A program made the position numbers and the translations under genes. Source: Minutocellus sp. GHC0000111 (Eukaryota). Taken from it: a stretch of DNA of 64,000 nucleotides. Within the stretch, counting starts at the first letter, position 1; every line of letters starts with the position of its first letter. The stretch lies in contig OZ361257.1 in assembly GCA_977018835.1 (NCBI GenBank), positions 4,960,001-5,024,000 of the forward strand, in the 5' to 3' direction. Below, one piece after another: positions 20,784 to 31,590 of this stretch. The notes beneath the pieces were generated by a model. It searched no databases, was not told the DNA's origin, and saw only the letters and a list, made by a program, of their open reading frames with translations.

Positions 20784-22263
20784 TTGCCGGAGACGCGAGT
20801 CAGCGAGATGCTCGGCCCAACGCGAAGGAGAGCGCTTGCAGCAGCGGCAGTCCTTAGCTGCAATGTTGCAAGAGCTACATGTGTGCATCCTCAACCCGCT
20901 GTGACTGCGTTTATTCAAAATGGTTTCCGAAACCGGCACATGAGTTTTTTGATGCGACGTCAACGAAACGCAGGCTTGATATTGAGTCACCCAGCAACTC
21001 ACTCTACTCAGCTGTTATTATCTTCTCGAAGCGCCCCAAAGCTTTTCATGTCAACCGAAGCCGATGTATCATTAGATTCAATTGTTGATGGGTCTTATGG
21101 TGACTTTGACGAAGACGTTTCAGGTGACGATGATGGGTCATCTTCTGAAGGTGACTCTCGCTCATCCAAGTTGCACAAGGCTCTGACGAAAGCAGTGTCT
21201 ACAAGCCTCAAGGCAATCAGCAAGAAGAACGCCTCGCTGCAGCGAGAACTCGACAAAGCAGAGAGTCTTGAAGGCACCATGTCTCGTGCCAATCTGATCA
21301 TATCAAATTTGTATCGACTTCCTTCCGGAACAACGACGATTGAGGTGGAAGACTGGGACAAGGGCGGGGAGCTGGTAACGTTGGAACTCAACACCAAGGA
21401 CTATTCATCGGCACAGGAGGAGGCTGATGCCTTGTTTGCCATGGGTCGGAATATGAAGCGTGGGTCCAAGGTAATTCAAGAGTTGATGGTAGGCAGTGTC
21501 GAGGCAGAAGATATATTAAGCGATGCTCAGATGGATCTGGAGGCTGCCGGCAAAGCTAACGACGAGGGTATGCTTGTGTTGATACAGGAACGACTAGAAC
21601 GTACCTCGAGCAAGACGGGATTCCAAATGCCATCCCTCGATGATGGAGAGGCTGGCTCCAGCAGGCAGTCCAACGCCAAACGGCAAGACAAGTCAAAAAG
21701 AGACAATCAGACATATAGGAAATTCACATCACTGTCAGGTTTGCAGGTACTTGTCGGCCGGAATAAGCGTCAGAACGAAGCCATATGCTTCAAGGAAGCC
21801 CGGCAAAATGATGTATGGTTTCATGCGCGTGGTTGTCCTGGAGCGCATGTTTTGCTCTGCGTCCGACGAGGAAGTGTCAAACCAACAGATGATGATTTGC
21901 AATTTGCCGCAAATCTCGCTGCTTTCTACTCGGATGCCAGGACTGAGCGTCGAGCGCCAGTAACAACGGCCGAACCCAAGCACATTCAGAAACCACGGGG
22001 AGCCGGGTGCAGTCAAGCTTCGTCAGGAGGGTCCTACTCTTGTTGGTAATCCAGAGGATGTCGACGATGAACTCAAGCAGGCTAGAGAAGAATCCGGCGG
22101 AAAATGGGACGAGATGGGCTATCGAAAGGGAGGCGTGAGAGCAAAGAACAAGAAGAGAACAGCAGCGGCCGATAAGCAGAGTCAAGCCAGGAGGAGAGAG
22201 CAAATGAAGGAGAAGAAGAAACGTCGCCAAAAGAAGCAAGAGAGTGGCGACGATTTCTACTAA
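20784..22263 (+). pseudogene. NFACT-R (Rqc2/FbpA-like RNA-binding) domain protein, frameshifted near the C-terminus
   Basis: VLVGRNKRQNE...DVWFHARGCPGAHV...AANLAAFYSDAR...KPRGA. At ~22005 the expected continuation GAVKLRQEG...GNPEDV...KKQESGDDFY* is in another frame, ending TAA at 22263. Confidence 0.75.
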
Positions 22264-22655
22264 AAAGTCAGTAGTAATATGTGTCTCCTCCATTCTCATT
22301 TTATGCCGATTCCTACATTGAATCGCAGAATCAAAATGCAAGAGGTGTAGATCCTGTTCTACCGTTGCTGGTTGAAATGATACATTTCCCTCAAGGTCTC
22401 GCGTAGTTATCGCAGTTGCAAGACCTCTTAGCCTTTTCCCGGACAGCCCTTCTTCAGAACAGCCCAGGAAAAAGTTATTTTGATTCGCAGCACTTAGAGC
22501 ATCTCAAATGTCTCCAATCTGCCTGAACCGCGGTTTTATCTCGCTCCTAGAAACGAGAAAATGTTTTTTTGGTATGGTTGTATAATATGCATGCATTTAG
22601 TATTCTTCAAACGTACGACGCCTCCATCGTTAGCGAAAAGCGAACAACCGGGCGT

Positions 22656-23692
22656 TTATACGTAGGGGAAGGGGCCCTGGGTAAGGACGGCCTGGGTGAC
22701 GACGCCGGAGAAGGCAAGCATGGCGAGACGGCCGTTCTTGATCTCCTTGAGCTTCATGTCGTTGATCTCCTCCTCGGACTTGTCCTTGAGGAAGCCGACA
22801 GGGTCGAGGCCGTAGTCACCGGCGGCGCGGCCGGATCCGTTGAGGGTCTGCATGAGGGCGACGGTGCCGATGACCTCGGCGAGGCCGAACCAGAGGAAGA
22901 GCTGGCCCATGGCGCCGTACTCGACGAGGGCGTCGTGGGCGGTGACGGAGGTGAGGCCCTCGTAGGCCTCGGGGAGGGGGTAGACGCGAAGGCCGCAGTC
23001 GACGGCGCAGAAGCCGAGCCACGCCATCATGCAGATGCGGCCGTGCTTGAGCTCGGCCTCGCGGAGGAAGTCCATGGGGACGAAGTCGGAGAAGCGGAAG
23101 GGGTCGAAGCCAACGTCGCCGACGTATCCCTTGAGGTTCTCCGGGTAGGGGAGGAAGGGGAGGGCGGTGGACTTCTCAGCGGCGAGGCTGGTGGCGGCCT
23201 GTTTATGTGCAACGAAAGTAGGGCAAGAAGAGAAAACACATGCGGAATGTGAGATGTGCTGCATTCAAAAAAGATATATTCAATGTCTTTGTGTGTTCAA
23301 GGACCTGATATTCTGCATGCTACGTAGCTGGTCTGATATCCGCCACAAGAGCAGGTACAAGCGAAGCTGCAGCCTCGGCTCTCTCCCAAAAATGCTCGTC
23401 CGCTTTGCTTGCAGCGCAACTTATGCTTTGCTTTCAGAGATCCACTTGTAAATCTCTCTCCATGCCAATCCAATCAAAGTTTTTTTTCATTTTGTTGCCA
23501 GTGCAGTTTCCAGAACATTCCATCATCTGTGCCATCGGCTACCGAGTGCCGGCCGCGCACTCTTCCTGCATGAAAACGAAAAACCTTTTCTCGGAAATTA
23601 TTCGACGACGAATGACGTACCCTGGAGCCAGTCTGGGCAGGGGCAAAGGCCGAAGCCGAGGCAAGAAGGGAAAGGGCGGCAACAGTCTTCAT
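22656..23692 (-). CDS. Fucoxanthin-chlorophyll a/c light-harvesting protein (Lhcr-type); intron 23199-23620
   Basis: Exon 1 MKTVAALSLLASASAFAPAQTGSR. Exon 2 has GDVGFDP, LREAELKHGRICM and KEIKNGRLAMLAFSG. Canonical GT-AG junctions in frame; strong GC3 bias. Confidence 0.95.
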
Positions 23693-24420
23693 TATTTCTA
23701 TGTGTATTCTCAACAAGCAAGGCGCAACGAGTAGACAGCGATGAAGCAGGGGCGCGCGGTCGGCGGCGGCGAGAGGGCGAACCGTCGGCCGGCCATCGTC
23801 ACGCGCAACGCAAGAGGAAGGGGCACTCGGTTGATCCCGATTTCTACTTCAAGGATCGCGAAAATCCGTTGGTGGGACGATTTTTGTGCTCTGCAATAAG
23901 CTGGTCGTATCAATGATTTTGGACTGACTCAATTTCAGTGTAGGCTCACCCGCTGGAAAAAGAAAGTCCGCACTTGCCAACATCGCCGGCCAGCCGGGTC
24001 AAGTGGCGGGAGTGTCAAACTTTCCGGCATGTTTATTGGCGGGAGTATCCTATCACAGAACGAGGCTGAAAGACACACACAAAAAAAACGGCGCCCTTAG
24101 TAACTCTGTACACAACTTCAAGATGTCGCATAATAGAGATGCTGCAAGTATGTGGTGTAACCCGGGCATCCGGAATGATTATGAAACTGACTCACACAAA
24201 TGGAACACGCCAAAAGGCTGCATCCTGCGTCATTGTGTTTACACGTGATCACGCATAAGAGTTCATGCTGCTGCGTCATCCAGTTCAAGTAGGAATTCCT
24301 ACATGCATCGGCGTTACCGCGAAAACCAAAAAAGGCATAATGCTCGGACAGTTTCCTCAAAAGCGTTGCCACAGAGCTGTACTCGAAGTAGTGAGTTGAT
24401 CGAACCCACCTACCCGAAGG

Positions 24421-24915
24421 ATGAAAGAGCACTCGTTCCATCGCCTTCGGCTTCCTGCCCACCACAACGATGCCCGCTCGGCCAATTTTCGTTCCCATCG
24501 CAACAAAGTAGCCTTTGTAGAAACCGTCGTCATCCACGAAGTGCTAAGTCTTCAAAGCAATACCGATGTTGAAATGGAAAAGTGCTGGCTCACCCCTCGA
24601 GACCATTGCCGTATGCAAAAGGATATCAAACGAACAACCAAGTACATGCGAAGAGGATGTGACGAGTCGACGCATGATGGGCTCTGCACACGGGGCCTGG
24701 AACATTTGAGAGATATCAACATCTTTCGAGAACTCACACACGAGAGAGATACTTTGGTCCAAGCTGTCCTCGCCGAACAGTCGAAGAATGAACTACATTC
24801 ATCAAGGAACTTTGCCGCCACTTCTTCAAGGCTGTCGAAGCGCGCTCGGGATCGTGCCGTGCAAAAGGCACATCTTGATGCCGAATTTGTCAAGAAGAAT
24901 GTCATTTATTCGTGA
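24421..24915 (+). CDS. Hypothetical protein of diatom-type 'V.F...V...W...CTRGLE' family
   Basis: KVAFVETVVIHEV...CWLT..D...DIKRT...CTRGLEH...VQAVLAEQ...S...RDRA...A..DA pattern. Resembles the 30006-30593 gene. Confidence 0.65.
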   Translation: MKEHSFHRLRLPAHHNDARSANFRSHRNKVAFVETVVIHEVLSLQSNTDVEMEKCWLTPRDHCRMQKDIKRTTKYMRRGCDESTHDGLCTRGLEHLRDINIFRELTHERDTLVQAVLAEQSKNELHSSRNFAATSSRLSKRARDRAVQKAHLDAEFVKKNVIYS

Positions 24916-25250
24916 ATGCAACTTATCCCTCACCTGAAATACATGTAGAATATTAACCACTTGATGTACATAATGTTTGTTACTCTCAATCCTGTTCGAT
25001 GTTTGCATCTTACATTTCTAAGAGCTGAGCAATCAGCCAGTTACGTGTAGTATTGTCCAGAGTAATGTGGCGTAGTGTACCCTTTGGTACCTTAGAGCTA
25101 CCGTAGATCGCCATGCCCTTCTTGGTACAGGTACAAAGTTTAGCTTATCCCATGGAATAGAATGTACCAATGGAACCATTACTTTTCATTTCCAAAATAC
25201 CTCTTTCATTTGTAAAACCTCTTTCAAGTCCAACAACCAAAGCAGTTATA

Positions 25251-26036
25251 TTACACCGATCGGAACCACCCGCCCTTCTTTTCTGGCGGCTCCTCGGGCT
25301 TCACGACGTTTTTAATAGCCTTCACTTTGGACACCATTTCTGTCTCGTAACGTGCCAATCGACCTTTGAAAGCCACGTGCCAAACGAAGAAAGGTATCGC
25401 CCGTTCTTTCATGAATTCAGATCGAAACCTCTCCGGTCCCATGGCATATATGAGAGCACCCATGGCATTATCGGGGGCACTTTCCAGCATTTTTCGCTGA
25501 AGCGTTGATATCTCTGGGTTGGGCGGGAAGTACGCACGCATCAGAGGAAGGGCTGCCCTCTCTTCGACGGCGAAATGCGCGAGCATGGTCTTCTCATAAG
25601 CCGCCATTGCATTTCGGAGGGCCGATAGAGATGCCTTGTCTGAGCTCAAATTGGACACAGCTCTGCCGACCTTATCGCGAACAAAGTCGAGCTGATTGTG
25701 AATGGTTTCAATCTCCTTTGGCCAAACAAAGCGAGTGATCAGCAAGGGCCGGTACATCTTTTCCTCTGCCTCACAGTGATCGACGGCATGGGCCACGTGT
25801 CCCTCCCACCACGCTCCGATAGTAGCTGCTGCCAACTCTGGCACATTTCGCTCGGTCTTCAGTCGCCCAGCCATCGAGTCCAGGGCCTCAATCATAGACC
25901 GCATCTCGACGCGAAGCGCATTGTGCGTGTGGACCCACTGATCGTGATCCAGTGGTATGCCAGCCCATTTTTCGTTCTTGTCGGGTGGGAATTCCTTGGC
26001 ATCAACAGCCGCCGCGGATATGTTGAGAGAGGCCAT
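25251..26036 (-). CDS. Hemerythrin-like (HHE cation-binding) domain protein
   Basis: WVHTHNALR.EM, HAVDHCEAEE, IHNQL and LAHFAVEE His/Glu ligand pattern. Confidence 0.8.
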   Translation of the reverse strand: MASLNISAAAVDAKEFPPDKNEKWAGIPLDHDQWVHTHNALRVEMRSMIEALDSMAGRLKTERNVPELAAATIGAWWEGHVAHAVDHCEAEEKMYRPLLITRFVWPKEIETIHNQLDFVRDKVGRAVSNLSSDKASLSALRNAMAAYEKTMLAHFAVEERAALPLMRAYFPPNPEISTLQRKMLESAPDNAMGALIYAMGPERFRSEFMKERAIPFFVWHVAFKGRLARYETEMVSKVKAIKNVVKPEEPPEKKGGWFRSV

Positions 26037-26212
26037 GATTGGGAGGCTCAGATTAGGATAGGTTTCCTTTCGTGATCAACCGCTTCTCTTCTTTGCAACC
26101 CCTCGAGGACTGAGTTGATTCACTCCGTACCTGTTCGCTTCGTCTCTGGCGGGTGCAATCTGCGATGAGTTCTGAGGCGCGCGTCTGTGCTTCTGGAGAT
26201 CTTCTGCTGAGA

Positions 26213-26235
26213 GCTGCTGCTGCTGCTGCTGCTGC
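26213..26235 (+). repeat. (GCT)n microsatellite
   Basis: About 7-8 consecutive GCT units upstream of the hemerythrin gene. Confidence 0.85.
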
Positions 26236-26659
26236 GATGGGTGATGGGGAAGGTGACGGACAGACCATCTCTTATCTTCCATCCATCTGTATCTCTGTAA
26301 GTCGCCATGCGATGGTTGACGACTGCTACCGGTGCTGCGTGTTAGAGTGCCGTGAAGAACGTCCCTGAATTGGGCATACCGATAGAATGCGTCAAATGAG
26401 AACTTTGCAAAAAGTGACAAGGGTTTTTGTCCGACGCCGTTCCAATTTAGCTTTTAGCATCGGTGGTGTAGATCAGCTTTTTGCCTGGCTGCTTTCGACG
26501 CCAGCCAAGCAGATTGCACAGAGTTCCCTCTCACGTCCCGAATGTGGTCAAGAAAAGAGCAAAGGCACCCGGGTTACCAAACTTTGTTGGTATCTTCTTC
26601 AGTATTATTGATATTGATGCAGAGGTCTTCGTCAAATGTACCTGCAGGATGCGACGGGG

Positions 26660-27671
26660 ATGATGATGTCGATGCAGAGCTCTTCCACCAGTGCCATTGC
26701 TTTTCGTCTCTGTGTTGTGTCAAAGCAGTCCTGATATTTCTTCCCAGTTACGAATTCTGTCATCTGACCGTCTCTTGGCAACTCCAAAAACGAAAACAAT
26801 TCTTCGTACATGTTATCAAAGTCATCCTCGAAGCGCTCGTAATAATGCAAAATGAGGGCCGGGATCTTCATCTTGTTGGTTGCGGCGAGAGCAAGGGAAT
26901 GCCATTGCGTGTGTCGGTAAAACTCGGAATGACAAGGAACACCCTCGAACGCTTTTAGCAGTGCATCGTCGAGGAATCGCGATTCTTTCTCCTCCTCATG
27001 AACCTTGTCGTCCATGGCCTGGCACCAATCCTGAAACCCTTTCGGCGTGCTGGGATGTTTCGTCAGCCATTCCTCATCGTTCTTCTTCTTCTTGTGAACG
27101 TTCTGCTCCAGATGAAATCGGCTCACAATGTTGTCGAATGGATCTCGAACAACATGCACCGCTCGTTGGACCAGTGATGGGTCGTAGTGAGTGTGATGCT
27201 TCTCAACCTGACACAGTGCCTTCCCCCGGGCACTAATGACATCGCCGTCTTCATCAAACTCCGGGGTCAATCGATTGCCGGTGAGGCATTGCATCATGAA
27301 ACTCCGTGCGGTGTGAATGTGCTTGTCCGGACCGCTGTTTGTGGTGTGTCCCCCACAATGCGTCTTGGTTGGGATGTACCGCGTGGGCATCCTCCTCTTC
27401 TTGAGCTGGCTGAAGAACGGCCCGTCCGGACTTCGCTTGTAGACGGGATGCAGTTCGACCCCTTGTCGTCTGCATCGCATTCCATCCCGTAATTGGACGC
27501 ACCGGTGATGTTGGACATGCGCTGCACGAGGCGCATGGTGAACGACGTGCCACTGTTGGGAAACGACATGACCCAGGCTGTGCGCGGCCACTCGTAGTCC
27601 TCCCCGCGCCTGGATCTTGGTCGCACGTCATGGGTTGGACAAATGACGGTGATTTGCCAGTTTTGCATGCC

Positions 27672-27703
<32 letters not shown>

Positions 27704-28080
27704 CATTCTCGATTCTTTGGATGGTTCACAATCAACATCTTCTTTGCCTGTAAACACATTGGGCTTGTTGACTTTGACACTGCTGCTGGTCGCACTTTTA
27801 CTCGAGGAACCTCGTTCCACGATGCCAATGGCCGCTCCGCCGTCATTGCTGTCTTTCACAACCCTCCACGCAAAGGCAATTATGTCATCAGTGCGAGAGA
27901 TGACATTGTTACACACTTTTGCCGGCTTCCCCCACGGCGATGGTTGCCCTTGATTGGGCTGCCGCTGCCGTTGGCAGTGTGGGATCGTGGCTGGAGAACG
28001 TCAGGGGTCTCATTGTTGCTGCTTTGTGCGCCTACGATGTGCTGGCCTGCAACGAACTGAGCCTCTTCATTCTTGCAGAT
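26660..28080 (-). pseudogene. Sulfotransferase-like (P-loop, WSCD/diatom type) gene relic, hypermutated and frameshifted
   Basis: AWVMSFPNSGTSFT (PAPS-loop-like), SNYG.E, TKTHCGG, AVHVVRDPFDNIVSRFH, PCHSEFYR..QWH and FLELP motifs. Split over frames at ~27450 and ~27610; outer limits approximate. Confidence 0.75.
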
Positions 28081-28109
28081 TGATTGGCAAGATGCATGCG
28101 TTGGGCGGC

Positions 28110-28620
28110 ACTTGCACACATGACAGAAGGAACCTCGTTGGATCATGCGTGTGGAGACTCCGGATGTAAATTCTTGGACCTGGCGACGGATGTGCTTGAG
28201 AGGAAGGCGTCACTGGACCACCGCCCTACCAGCATGATTGTGTGCGTGGGAACATCATTTAGACACATTGCCATTGCTGCTCCGCTGCGAATGGAGTGTG
28301 ATCCGAGTTCAGAGGGATGGCAGCCCAGGACGTCCTCTCCAATCACTGTGGCCGACGCTCGGATCTTGTCAACTGTTCGGGTGGCAGGAATGCATTTTAA
28401 TGCGCCGTTGACCACGAAGGCATTTGCCGGCGTGTCGCTGTTGGTGGCACTGGGGCACCCTAGGACTCGTTTCACCAGGGCAGCCCAAGCTCGAACTGGG
28501 CAGAGGGTGGCGTCGTGGGTGCAGTGTTGCGTGATCGTGACGTCACGCTCGTCGTTCTTCTGGAACTCAAAGGTGACGGAGACAGAGTCTGCTGAGAGGA
28601 GGGACCGGTCGTTGTGACAC
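28110..28620 (-). mobile_element. Tyrosine recombinase fragment of a DIRS/Ngaro-type retrotransposon, decayed
   Basis: SVTFEFQKND.RD.TITQ, LCPVRAWA, HSIRSGAAMAM and IMLVGRWSSDAFL. After a 2-nt frameshift it reads KHIRRQVQEFTSGVSTRMI, with His at the catalytic Tyr position. Confidence 0.85.
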
Positions 28621-29394
28621 ATGTGCGCCGTCGGCCGCGGCAGAGCTGCATGTGGATCCTTTTCGTCCACCACTGAAAAAATGCACATGTGGATGACGAC
28701 AACGAAATGTCATTTGGAGACGATGAAGGTAATTGTGGCTCAGATGAATCTGTCAAGGGCAGTAAATCCTGACAATGACTGCATTTTACATGTCATTCAA
28801 TTGATTTCGGCCTCGGCCTCGACCTCATGTTGCCGGTTCATTTGAGCCGCGGGGTTTTGGTTTTCGGGGGGAAGCTCCCCTCGGCCTGAGCGGGACCACG
28901 AGCCGCCGCTCTTTTTTATATATTTTTTTTCATAAAAAATCTTGCCTTGCTTTCACCGCGTTGAAAAACAACCACACAGCCACAACAGACCACCATGACG
29001 GACACCGCCGCTCTCGACGCGCTGGCCACCGCCGCCGACATCCGCGGCTGACGGAGGAGACAGTTGGGGACCACACTGCCGTGGCTGGGTCGCTGATGTT
29101 CGGTCGCCTGCTGTGTGCCTTGCGGCGGTTCGGACCTGCCTTCCGATGTGAAGGACTGCGCTCTTGCTCGTCGGATGGCGTTGCATGACGTCACTGATTG
29201 GGACTTCTTTGACAATTGGAGGCCCAGACGCTGGACTCAACACAAGGCCATCGTTCCTGATCGTTCCATCATTGAGCTTGCTCATGATGCTTTGTCCGGA
29301 GCTCAAGGAGGTCGAGCGCTTGCGCGTGGACCACCTGCTTGGACCAGCGCGTCGAGCGCAAGATCAGTCAACTCCTCCGAGCCACTGGCGAAAG

Positions 29395-29560
29395 GTTTGA
29401 CGCCGTCTGTGGCATGCAGTCTGAATCTTCTTTCGTCAAGACCTTGTCGGATTTATTTCGGCACAATGGCGTCATGCGCATGCTCCGTTCCGACAATGCC
29501 CAAGTCGCAGTCGTGCGGAGAGCCATCTGCCGCTGGTGCCGTGTGTCGGTCATCAGTCGC
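29395..29560 (+). mobile_element. Ty1/Copia (diatom CoDi-like) integrase core fragment
   Basis: DAVCGMQSESSFVKTLSDLFRHNGVMRMLRSDNAQV matches the remembered Copia integrase pattern VYGM.S...F...L.D.IR..G.M..L.SD.AQV. Confidence 0.7.
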
Positions 29561-29573
29561 TAACCCTAACCCT
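29560..29573 (+). repeat. Short telomere-like repeat (CTAACC)2CT
   Basis: ctaaccctaaccct directly truncates the Copia fragment. Confidence 0.6.
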
Positions 29574-30005
29574 CAATTGCGCAGGAGGAAGGGTTGGAAG
29601 GGTTTCGGTGAGAAAAAATGATGTGCACGAGGCAGATTTGTACGGTGCGGCACGTTCTCGGCAATGTGTTGGCTGCCTGTGCTCGCTGCTAGTTAGTGCG
29701 CACTTCCTTGCCACGAGCGTTGCGACAGTTCAAGGAGAAGTCAGGCACAAAAAGACTTTTTGCGCCAGTTCGTTTCCGAAAGTTCGACTTTCTTTTTTCT
29801 TGAGAGGTTCAACTTGAGTTGCAATAAGTGTACGCGATGCAGAGAGTGCGTGCCCTGGAAACCCGCCTTTTCGGTCGGAATGCAAAGGATTTGCATTCCG
29901 ATATCATTCCAAGCAGGAGGCAGTAAGCCAAACAGCAGCCGACGCCTGCCCGCAAATCCTTCTACTGCAATAGACAAGCTAACACCACCACTCTGCTCAT
30001 TCGCC

Positions 30006-30593
30006 ATGCTTGCTACACCACCTTCTTTGCCCTCGCCGGTTGCAAGTGAGTCCGCCTACCTGTACTCCGCAGCAACTCTCGCGATCCCTTCGCATACACA
30101 AAATGCTCCAAAGCGGAGACCCCAGAAAAAAGCAAAGCATCTAACCATCACATTTTCCAGCCAAGTTGAAGTGACGACAATCGCCTCCCTTCACAACATG
30201 GAGCAAGAGCAAATCTCATCCGTGTACTTCAATGAAGGGGATCGGCAAGAATGCAAGGAGGACATTGCCGTGACTCTGCGCGCCATCCGCCACAGGACTG
30301 CCCTCGACCCAACCACACAAGACACGAGAGGTCTCGAACATCTCATCTCCCGCGAGGTATACACTGAACTCCTTGCCAATAAAAACGCAGCGCTTTGCGC
30401 AGTCTTTGAAGCCCAGGATGCCGAAAATTCTCCCGACGATATTGCCAGGGCATACTCCGAAACCACTGCCGAGGCAGCTGATCGTGCTCAACGCAGGGCA
30501 AAGCGTGATGCCTTCGAGGCTACCATGAATCAAAGAGATTGGTCAAATGATCCATTTGCGTTTTTCAAAACGATGAATAGAGTAGCTGGCTAG
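30006..30593 (+). CDS. Hypothetical protein, same diatom-type family as 24421-24915
   Basis: ITFSSQVEVTTI...YFNEGD...EDIAVTL...DTRGLEH...AVFEAQ...IARAYSE.T..A...A...A..DA. Confidence 0.65.
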   Translation: MLATPPSLPSPVASESAYLYSAATLAIPSHTQNAPKRRPQKKAKHLTITFSSQVEVTTIASLHNMEQEQISSVYFNEGDRQECKEDIAVTLRAIRHRTALDPTTQDTRGLEHLISREVYTELLANKNAALCAVFEAQDAENSPDDIARAYSETTAEAADRAQRRAKRDAFEATMNQRDWSNDPFAFFKTMNRVAG

Positions 30594-30792
30594 ATCCAGT
30601 CCAAAAGCACTGCATGTATATTTTCTGTTCCTGTTCTTTCCGATTCCGACTTCCAATGTAAATACTGTAACAATATATATACTGTAATAAATAATTACTA
30701 ACTCTGCCCAGCATATCTATCGATTCTATCTACATTGTTCTTATCTTTGCTTTAGCTACATGCACCTGTACCTAACAACATGTTGCAGGATA

Positions 30793-31590
30793 CTACAAGT
30801 CAATCAACTCGGGAAAGTCCATGATGAGATCCTGCTTGGTCAATACCTCGTCCTTGTCGCTTGGCGTCCAAAACACCTCCACGGCATTCAAGCATTCCCC
30901 GCCCTCGACGTTGACGTCGCTGGCAATGCTCGACAATACCTCCTTCGTACCCGCAATGCTAAATCCGGCACCTTCAAACTTGGTTGTATCGCCCTGTATT
31001 TCCAGAATGATGCTCACCACCACGGTAGTCGGACCACCTGGAACGGCGTCGGAATCTCCACCGCTGGAAGTGGGTACGTACTCCTTCTCGAACTTGGCAG
31101 CCTCTCGGTTGGCCCAGTCGTTGTACAGGCTCTCCGCTTTGCCGGCATCGTCCCACTTGAACCACTTGGAATCGGAGCAGGCACCGACCCATTCGTCGGA
31201 TTTGCGCATCAGGGCCAAACATACGGAATTGGTGAGCTGGGCCAGCTCCCAGGGTTCACTTCCGCCATTGTTGGCGGACTTTTCCAGTAGGGCAAAGATG
31301 GAGTCCGGACCGCGGTTGAGGCAATCGAGGGCTACCTGCACCTTGCCCACGGTGATGCCCTTGCCCACGGTGATGCCCTTGCCCAAGGCACCTTCCTCTT
31401 CGAACATCTTTTCAAATAGGTAAAGTCGGCTTGATAATGATTGGTGGCATGTATTTCGAGCACATAATGTGCTAGCAGAATTATCACCACGAGATATTCT
31501 CAAAGCGCCTGACGAGACAGCGGGTGCAAATGCCTCGACACTGCCAAGGAAGAGGGCGACGAACGCAAGCAATCTGGTCGTCATTGTCAT
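30793..31590 (-). CDS. DUF1517 (FLAP1-like) protein, plastid-targeted
   Basis: Signal peptide + VEAFAP. TVGKVQVAL, VCLALMR, AESLYN..A..E.AKFEKE, VVVSIIL and AVEVFWTP...EVLT..DL..DFPEL motifs. Contains an in-frame 18-bp duplication (GKGITV x2). Confidence 0.85.
   Translation of the reverse strand: MTMTTRLLAFVALFLGSVEAFAPAVSSGALRISRGDNSASTLCARNTCHQSLSSRLYLFEKMFEEEGALGKGITVGKGITVGKVQVALDCLNRGPDSIFALLEKSANNGGSEPWELAQLTNSVCLALMRKSDEWVGACSDSKWFKWDDAGKAESLYNDWANREAAKFEKEYVPTSSGGDSDAVPGGPTTVVVSIILEIQGDTTKFEGAGFSIAGTKEVLSSIASDVNVEGGECLNAVEVFWTPSDKDEVLTKQDLIMDFPELIDL

Noticed and set aside
23199..23620. ncRNA hidden in the relatively long (422 nt) LHC intron
   Set aside because: No convincing snoRNA boxes, tRNA fold or other structure recognised by eye; a covariance-model search would be needed.
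26610..26690. Near-repeat gatattgatgcagaggtcttc / gatgtcgatgcagagctcttc at the island's left edge as a target-site duplication
   Set aside because: Both copies are on the same side of the island and differ at 3 of 21 positions. It could be junction microhomology, but it is not a TSD.
26640..29560. Classical RIP or CpG-methylation decay as the cause of the island's composition
   Set aside because: Those processes are C->T and would raise TpA/TpG and remove CpG. Here TpA is lost and CpG remains abundant.
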